Under the pieces are notes generated by a model. That model was not told the DNA's origin. It did not search any database and saw only the letters and a program-made list of their open reading frames with translations. Below, in pieces: positions 1-4,911 of a DNA stretch of 6,656 nt. Numbering within the stretch: the stretch's first letter is position 1; every line of letters starts with the position of its first letter. The translations under genes were made by a program, and so were the position numbers. Source of the DNA: Opitutales bacterium (GTDB taxonomy: Bacteria; Verrucomicrobiota; Verrucomicrobiia; Opitutales; Coraliomargaritaceae); NCBI GenBank assembly GCA_049606355.1, contig JBMYVL010000016.1, positions 1 to 6,656 on the forward strand, read 5' to 3'.

Positions 1-384
1 TTTCCCCTGATAGGCATTAATCTCGGCTCGCGTAGGCCCCCCGATAGTACCCAGGAATTCAAACCAATAATCTCTTTCGGTAGCGTTGATGTCATCAATT
101 TCAACGGTCAGCGTCACAGCATCTGGCATCGCGGTCAGGCCCAGATTGTCGCCATAGAACGCGCCAGTACTGTTGCCTCCGGTGGCATCGCGGAGTAACC
201 CAGCAGACGGTACCGAAGTGTCGGCCAAGCTGGGATCCCAGTTGCCCATTGACTTTGACTGCGTGTCACTGGTTTGCGGCGACGCGTTAAAGGTGTTGGT
301 ACTGAAGGACCAGGTGTCAACGACGGCCGCCTGAGCCGACAGTGCGGCAAGCGCCAGCGTTGCTATAATTGGGGTGTATTTCAT
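1..384 (-). CDS. Secreted protein of unknown function, N-terminal 128 codons (3' end runs off the left window edge)
   Basis: Hand translation of the minus strand from the ATG at 384..382 gives an open frame down to position 1: MKYTPIIATLALAALSAQAAVVDTWSFSTNTFNASPQTSDTQSKSMGNWDPSLADTSVPSAGLLRDATGGNSTGAFYGDNLGLTAMPDAVTLTVEIDDINATERDYWFEFLGTIGGPTRAEINAYQGK. It has a textbook Sec signal peptide (K near the N-terminus, hydrophobic core, A-Q-A cleavage motif). An in-frame upstream stop (TAG, plus-strand cta 436..438) makes this the first ATG. It is absent from the ORF track, apparently because no stop lies inside the window. The listed 135..350(-) ORF is a different, Arg/Pro-rich frame. No domain recognised. 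Confidence 0.6.
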   Translation of the reverse strand, partial: MKYTPIIATLALAALSAQAAVVDTWSFSTNTFNASPQTSDTQSKSMGNWDPSLADTSVPSAGLLRDATGGNSTGAFYGDNLGLTAMPDAVTLTVEIDDINATERDYWFEFLGTIGGPTRAEINAYQGK

Positions 385-756
385 AGTTAATGATGGGTTA
401 ATAATAAGGGTACTTAAAGCAGGCCTAGCTATTACCTACTTGGATCAGTTTACAAAACTACAGAAAAGTTCGTTGCACGACCATACAACTGTGCCCCCCA
501 GAAATAACATATTTGCGCAAAAGCAGGTAGTTAACGCAGCCATTAACTTCGTACAGGACGGCGGCACGAGTGAGCGTGCACCGCCCCACCGCGGTGAGAT
601 TAGGATCTCTACCGTACCGAGCACCGCAACCCTGAAGGTAACCACTGCTAGAACGCAGTCTGCGCAACAACAAAACAGACATTAGGTACTAAGCGCACAA
701 GCGCTGCCGGCGGTTTCGATCCCCGGGCAAGCAAGCAGCGATTCACTCAAAGCTCT
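385..756 (-). promoter_or_regulatory. 372-bp non-coding spacer between the sulfatase stop (757) and the start of CDS 1..384; presumed promoter and 5' leader region
   Basis: The half next to the downstream start codon (385..540) is AT-rich. The distal half is GC-rich with hairpins and palindromes. ORFs called here use codons that are uncommon in the flanking genes (ATA, AGA, AGG, CTA, GTA). It shares colinear sequence blocks with the other long spacer (see findings). I could not place a convincing -35/-10 pair; the best weak candidate is TTGTAA (455..450) with TAATAG (434..429) at 15-nt spacing. Confidence 0.4.
560..613. other. Cluster of stem-loops and a palindrome inside the spacer
   Basis: Hairpin 560..585: ggcggcacg / cgtgc(ac)cgcc, 9 bp with a 2-nt bulge and loop agtgag. 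Perfect 10-bp palindrome caccgcggtg at 587..596. Hairpin 593..613: ggtgagat / atctc(t)acc, 8 bp with a 1-nt bulge and tetraloop tagg. No T/U tract follows on either strand. Confidence 0.5.
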
Positions 757-2175
757 TTATTCATTCGGCATACCTTTGCCACCCGCATGTGGAAAGAAGG
801 TAACCGGATGCGAGCCGGCCTGCATGAGGCCTTCGATCGACTGCAGCAGCTCCGGATAACGATCCGCCAAATCACGGGTTTCCTGCGGGTCGGACGCGAG
901 ATTGTAAAGCTCTAGGGAGGCGCCTACGCCATAGCGAATCCCCTTCCAGTCACCCAGCCGGACGCCCTGACGAAAGTTTTCCGCCTCAGTGCTCACCTGA
1001 AGCTCCCAGTAGAAATGATCGTGCTGAGCCGAGTCACCACCCAATAAGGTCGACAGGATGGAGTGCCCGTCCGTGTCAGCCGGGGCAGTAATACCGGCGA
1101 CATCCGCAAAGGTCGGCATCAGGTCATAAAACGCAGCGGATTGCTCAGTGGTCGCGCCTGGTTGAATACGCCCCGACCAGACCGCAATCAAGGGCACGCG
1201 AATTCCGCCCTCATACAGGTCGCGCTTAATACCGCGCAGCTCGCCGGAGCTGTGAAATTGATTCGGATCAAAGTCATTTTCCTCGGTCGGCCCGTTATCG
1301 CTGGTGAACAGGATCAGGGTGTTCTCCAACTCTCCCATCGACTCGAGCTTGTCCAGCAGGCGCTGCACTTGCTCATCCAGCATGGTGATCCGTGCGGCGT
1401 GTCGGCGCTGAATCTCGGGCCAGCCATGCTCATGGTAGAGCGCGTTTTCGCGCAGGTCGAACTCATGCGCGTGCGGGGTGCGATAGGACATGAACAGGAA
1501 CAGCGGCCTGTCCGAATCGCGCTGCTCATCGAGGAATTTCAGCGCCAGTTCCGTGCGGAAGGCATCCAGGCAGTCGTATTGAGTGTAGTCATACACGATG
1601 CTGTCCTCGCGACCATTAACCCAATGCTCGCGCGTATCGAACTTGCCCCCTTCGGCCTTTTCGCCCCACTGCTCCTGCACCGCATACTCAAAACCGCGCC
1701 CGGCGGCCCAGGTGCTCACATCCTGCGGCACACCGAGGTGCCACTTGCCGATAAAGGCAGTCTGGTAACCGGCACCGCTCAGCATTTCCGCAACTGTCAG
1801 GTTTTCTTTTTTCATCGGCACCCGAGCCCGCGCCTGACCAGCGACGAGACCATAGTTGCCGCGAACGTTCAGCCGCCCAACCTGCTTGCCGGTCATGAGC
1901 ACAGCCCGCGACGGCGCACAGACCGCAGAACCGGCATAAAACTGAGTAAAGCGCATGCCCTCAGTCGCGAGCCGATCAATGTTCGGCGTGCGGATCAGCT
2001 CCTGACCGTAGCAACCGAGTTCGCCGTATCCGAGGTCATCGGCCAGCAGTAGCAAAATATTCGGGCGCTCGGACCCCACGGATGCTGCAGCATCCCTTCC
2101 ATACGCAGCTACCGATAAGGACGCAGCACAAGCCAGTACGAGCCACTTTTTCAAATTCATCCGATTTATATCCAT
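757..2175 (-). CDS. Formylglycine-dependent (S1 family, Cys-type) sulfatase, arylsulfatase A/GALNS-like, exported
   Basis: 472-aa ORF. Metal-binding LLLLADDLGYG. Signature SAVCAPSRAVLMTG, with the catalytic Cys codon TGT at 1920..1918 verified by hand. GKWHLG, TSDNGP and RDLYEGGIRVP motifs are all present. N-terminal signal peptide. The start could instead be the ATG at 2160 (MNLKKWLVLACAASLSVAA...). No clear SD before either start. Confidence 0.93.
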   Translation of the reverse strand: MDINRMNLKKWLVLACAASLSVAAYGRDAAASVGSERPNILLLLADDLGYGELGCYGQELIRTPNIDRLATEGMRFTQFYAGSAVCAPSRAVLMTGKQVGRLNVRGNYGLVAGQARARVPMKKENLTVAEMLSGAGYQTAFIGKWHLGVPQDVSTWAAGRGFEYAVQEQWGEKAEGGKFDTREHWVNGREDSIVYDYTQYDCLDAFRTELALKFLDEQRDSDRPLFLFMSYRTPHAHEFDLRENALYHEHGWPEIQRRHAARITMLDEQVQRLLDKLESMGELENTLILFTSDNGPTEENDFDPNQFHSSGELRGIKRDLYEGGIRVPLIAVWSGRIQPGATTEQSAAFYDLMPTFADVAGITAPADTDGHSILSTLLGGDSAQHDHFYWELQVSTEAENFRQGVRLGDWKGIRYGVGASLELYNLASDPQETRDLADRYPELLQSIEGLMQAGSHPVTFFPHAGGKGMPNE

Positions 2176-2218
2176 TTTTGTATTGTCGATGGGTTTCTCC
2201 GCCGACCCCGCAATCGGC

Positions 2219-3703
2219 TCAGCGCAGCGATTCCTGCAGAACCTTCAGACCAGCGGTATCGCGGTGCAGGATGCCGATCATATCTTGCAGCACGTCGGCG
2301 TATTCCGAGTTATTCGCTAAGTTACGCGTCTCGTAAGGATCGTTCGCGTAATCAAATAGATCCCGACCGCGCAGCTTTTTCGTAACCGGGTGCAACCATT
2401 CGATGTAGCGGTAGCGTTCATTGCGAACCGAATACCCGATCTGCCACTTCCCACGCGCGACGATGGTAACTGCTCCCTCGCGCGGCTTGGCTGAAGGGTC
2501 GTCGAGTACCGCAGCCAGGCTCTTGCCTTCCAGAAAATCGGGAAGCGGTAAGCCCAGCAGCTCGCACAGTGTCGGGTAGATATCGGTGAATTCAGCCGGC
2601 GATGCAGTTCGCGCTCCCTTACTGGCTTGGCGCGGATCAACAATCAGCAAGGGTGCTCTGGCTGATTGTTCGAACGGGGTATTTTTGGCCCATTGCGCAT
2701 GGTCCCCCAGATGGAACCCATGGTCACCCCACAGCACGATAATAGTGTTATCCTGCAGGTTCAGAGCTTCCAGCTCATCCAGCAGCATCCCGACGAGGGC
2801 ATCAATATAGGAGACACAGGCGTAATAGCCATGGATCAACTCCTTCTGCAGGGCGACGGAGAACTTCGAGGTATCCACGCCGTCCACGCCTCCCGGAATG
2901 CCCTCATACACACGCAATTCCCCACTCTTGTGGTAACCATAGCCGGAATTGCCCGCAGCCTTTTCCTGAAAGGGGTGAATTTCGAAGTCGTCGCGCTCGT
3001 ATAGATCCCAATACTTTTTGGGCGCATAAAACGGAAGATGCGGTTTAGCGAAGCCTACTGCGAGGAAGAAGGGCTCATCGGCCGCGGCACGTTCACGCAT
3101 CCGCTTAATGCCCTCTTGCGCGACGCGGTAATCCCGAAAATCCACCATCGGGTTCTCCGGTGCATCCGCCACCTTCGCATACTTATACTTGTAGCCCTCG
3201 ATACTGTAGCGTCTACGGTTCGCTTCGGCCTTATTTTGCTGCTCGACATCCTTTGCTGACAATCCCGGCTTGAATGAAAACGGCTCACTCCAGGATTCTA
3301 CATCCATGATCTTAGGATCATCGACACAGCGATAGTCATAAATCTTTCCGGTGCCCGTGGTAAAATACCCATGCTCTTTTAAATACTGAGGCAGGGAAAC
3401 GATCGCGGGGTTCGCCTCGCGCCATTTGGTTTTTAAATCCAGCACACCGGCGCTTTCTGGACGCAGGCCGCTCATGAGACTGGCGCGGGACGGACCGCAG
3501 ACAGGGTATTGGCATTGCGCGTGAAGGAAAGTCGTCCCCCGGGACGCCAAACGGTCGATATGGGGGCTCTTCACGGTGGTATCTCCATAAACACCCAGAC
3601 GTGGCACCAGATCATCCACGGCAATAAAGAGAACATTAGGCTTCTCTGATGCAAACGCACAGGAAAGACATAAAAACAGACAGGAGAGGATACGATTTCT
3701 CAT
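2219..3703 (-). CDS. Formylglycine-dependent (S1 family, Cys-type) sulfatase, iduronate-2-sulfatase-like, exported
   Basis: The ORF 2219..3706 begins with TTG-ATG; I take the ATG at 3703..3701 (MRNRILSCLFLCLSCAFA signal peptide). NVLFIAVDDLVPRLGVYGD...SPHIDRLA...YPVCGPSRASLMSGLRP closely parallels the N-terminal region of human iduronate-2-sulfatase as I recall it. The catalytic Cys codon TGC at 3499..3497 was verified. GKIYD replaces GKWHLG, and WGDHGFHLGDHAQWAKNTPFE resembles the IDS-type DHGW..GEHGEWAK region. Confidence 0.93.
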   Translation of the reverse strand: MRNRILSCLFLCLSCAFASEKPNVLFIAVDDLVPRLGVYGDTTVKSPHIDRLASRGTTFLHAQCQYPVCGPSRASLMSGLRPESAGVLDLKTKWREANPAIVSLPQYLKEHGYFTTGTGKIYDYRCVDDPKIMDVESWSEPFSFKPGLSAKDVEQQNKAEANRRRYSIEGYKYKYAKVADAPENPMVDFRDYRVAQEGIKRMRERAAADEPFFLAVGFAKPHLPFYAPKKYWDLYERDDFEIHPFQEKAAGNSGYGYHKSGELRVYEGIPGGVDGVDTSKFSVALQKELIHGYYACVSYIDALVGMLLDELEALNLQDNTIIVLWGDHGFHLGDHAQWAKNTPFEQSARAPLLIVDPRQASKGARTASPAEFTDIYPTLCELLGLPLPDFLEGKSLAAVLDDPSAKPREGAVTIVARGKWQIGYSVRNERYRYIEWLHPVTKKLRGRDLFDYANDPYETRNLANNSEYADVLQDMIGILHRDTAGLKVLQESLR

Positions 3704-4152
3704 CAAAGTTCGTTCATACTAGTGGTAACTTAAAAAACCGGCGCACGACCAAGTTTGCACTCAGTCAATCACAAGAAGCGCAGGTGTAAACCAATGACTA
3801 TACTCGACCTTGCGGATGCAGGCGATGCATCTTGGTCATTTTTAATGGCATATTTGCGCATACTGCCCCAATGCAGCCTGGAGCACCTGTAGATGTGTAC
3901 TTTTTTCCAGCGGAATTCCCGTTCTCATTTGCCCGCGACGGCTCAATCCTGATTCGCCAACTGAAACCACCTGACCGGTGAGCGGTCCTACGACTTCCTG
4001 AGGTTCCGCTTGCGGCCCCAGATAAACGGGTTGTTTAAATTTGGGGCCGCCACTGCTAAGCATGCCAACCGGCAGTCCACTTCAAAAATAAGCTACCTTT
4101 ACCATGATTCACGAACAATTGCTTCGGTGTGATTCGTCTCATCGGTAATACT
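3704..4152 (-). promoter_or_regulatory. 449-bp non-coding spacer between the esterase stop and the IDS-like sulfatase start; presumed internal promoter and regulatory region
   Basis: It is unusually long compared with the other junctions in the block (0, -20 and 43 nt). It contains the inverted repeat 4012..4050, the repeat gatgca-ggc-gatgca(tc) at 3815..3831, the palindrome ggaattcc at 3912..3919, and sequence blocks shared with spacer 385..756. The only ORF here (3842..4063, minus) has weak coding character. Confidence 0.4.
4012..4050. repeat. Long GC-rich inverted repeat (composite hairpin)
   Basis: Outer arms gcggcccca (4012..4020) and tggggccgc (4042..4050) are perfectly complementary over 9 bp. 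Inner arms taaac (4023..4027) and gttta (4033..4037) add 5 bp around the loop gggtt. It lies about 100 nt downstream of the esterase stop on the minus strand. No U-tract follows on either strand. Confidence 0.6.
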
Positions 4153-4911
4153 TTATTCGGTGCGATGCTTCAACAGCCAGTTGTAAAGTTTAGGGTATTT
4201 ATAGTTCCCCTGAATGTTATGCTTTCCACTGGGCAGAATCGTCAGCCCCAGATCGTTGAGGCCGCGCTCGCGGAGCCCCCAATACATGCGTTCCGAGCGC
4301 TGCGCGGGCACGACGGTGTCCTTGCCTCCATGAAAGATCCAGGTGGGGATGGTGCTCAAGTTGTCCAGCCACTGTTCCAAATCCGGGGATATATCCTTCG
4401 GTCCGCCGATGCCAATGCCCCCGGCCATCGGGGCGATCGCCGCAAAGTTTTCCGGATAAGTCGCCGCCCACAGCCACGTCCCATAACCGCCCATGCTAAA
4501 GCCCGTCAGATAAACCCGGCTGTGGTCGAATTCAACCGTCTCCTTTAGGTGCTCCAACAACACCTGCAGGGTCTCCGCCTTCCATTTGTGATTCGGCAAG
4601 CACTGAGGTGCCACGATCATAAACGGGTGAGTCTCCTGCTGGTTCCAGTATTTGATCGGGGCATTGCGCCCCAGCCGTTCACGAATATGGTTGCCGCCGC
4701 TCCCACCGCCGTGGAGATAAATCAGCAGCGGCGGTTTGCCCTCCCCGACAGGTGCGGCGGGACGGGCCAAAATATACCCGGGATTGAGCCCCGGCACTTG
4801 ATCATGCAATGCCTCGGGTAAGTCCACAATCGTTCGGTTCATCTCCACGGCCTGCGCGATCGAGCCGAGAAAAGAAAGGACGAGAAGACCGTTAATCCAC
4901 AGTCGTTGCAT
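4153..4911 (-). CDS. Secreted alpha/beta-hydrolase-fold serine esterase (carbohydrate-esterase CE1-like / S9-like carboxylesterase)
   Basis: The ORF 4153..4914 starts TTG-ATG; I take the ATG at 4911..4909 (MQRLWINGLLVLSFLGSIAQA signal peptide). Oxyanion-region LLIYLHGGGSGG. Nucleophile elbow GFSMGG, with the Ser codon AGC at 4497..4495 verified. Acidic residue in FHGGKDTVVP and His in PSGKHNI give the Ser-Asp-His order typical of the fold. A GGAGG Shine-Dalgarno lies 9 nt upstream. Confidence 0.85.
   Translation of the reverse strand: MQRLWINGLLVLSFLGSIAQAVEMNRTIVDLPEALHDQVPGLNPGYILARPAAPVGEGKPPLLIYLHGGGSGGNHIRERLGRNAPIKYWNQQETHPFMIVAPQCLPNHKWKAETLQVLLEHLKETVEFDHSRVYLTGFSMGGYGTWLWAATYPENFAAIAPMAGGIGIGGPKDISPDLEQWLDNLSTIPTWIFHGGKDTVVPAQRSERMYWGLRERGLNDLGLTILPSGKHNIQGNYKYPKLYNWLLKHRTE

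Noticed and set aside
135-350. 71-aa minus-strand ORF from the track
   Set aside because: It is out of frame with the open 128-codon frame that starts with a canonical signal peptide at 384. Its product (PHCRLRRPSLTPGPSVPTPLTRRRKP...) is a typical off-frame artefact.
374-685. Three overlapping ORFs in spacer A: 374..685(+), 445..645(-) and 458..682(-)
   Set aside because: They start on non-ATG or context-free codons. They are rich in codons avoided by the flanking genes (ATA, AGA, AGG, CTA, GTA) and have no recognisable domains. The plus ORF overlaps the start of the real minus-strand gene. I treat the region as non-coding.
692-705. Search for intrinsic terminators after the gene ends at 757 and 4153, including hairpin agcgc-acaa-gcgct at 692..705, the bulged hairpin cacgaa-caattgc-ttcggtg at about 4110..4129, and the A6 run at 3733..3738
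   Set aside because: The stems are short (5 to 6 bp) and not directly followed by a U-tract, or the U-tract lacks a convincing preceding stem. No canonical Rho-independent terminator can be supported.
712-722. tRNA T-arm-like string ggtttcgatcc, considered as a possible tRNA fragment or integrase attachment site
   Set aside because: The flanking bases do not form a T-stem or an acceptor stem. No other tRNA features, integrase or direct repeat lie nearby.
1063-2052. 329-aa plus-strand ORF, the longest plus-strand ORF in the window
   Set aside because: It lies entirely antisense to the well-supported sulfatase CDS 757..2175. The product is Arg/Leu/Gly/Pro-rich with no motifs, typical of a shadow ORF opposite a GC3-rich gene.
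2125-2160. Possible lipobox (V-L-A-C) in the N-terminus of sulfatase 757..2175
   Set aside because: The hydrophobic segment before the Cys would be very short (WLVLA) and lies right after two Lys. A longer h-region continues past the Cys to ...SVAAYG, so a signal peptidase I site is more likely.
2082-3288. ORFs 2082..2336(+), 2317..2643(-), 2586..2810(+), 2666..3004(+), 2836..3027(-), 3038..3259(+), 3055..3288(-), and 1314..1529(-) in the neighbouring gene
   Set aside because: They are alternative-frame or antisense ORFs inside the two sulfatase genes, with no motifs and biased composition.
3704-3706. TTG start codons used by the ORF track at 3706 (sulfatase) and 4914 (esterase)
   Set aside because: In each case an ATG follows immediately (3703, 4911) and gives a normal signal peptide. 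The esterase ATG also has correct SD spacing. The one-codon difference is not resolvable from sequence, but ATG is preferred.
3842-4063. 73-aa minus-strand ORF inside spacer B
   Set aside because: It has no SD, and its third-position G/C is only about one half by hand count, visibly lower than the neighbours. It has no signal peptide or motif. It contains the long hairpin, and its last codons overlap the 12-mer shared with spacer A. It is kept only as a low-probability alternative in the spacer finding.
4129-4821. ORFs 4129..4548(+), 4549..4821(+) and 4217..4477(-)
   Set aside because: They overlap the esterase CDS in other frames or on the other strand. Only the 4153..4911 frame gives a signal peptide, a GxSxG elbow and a Ser-Asp-His arrangement.
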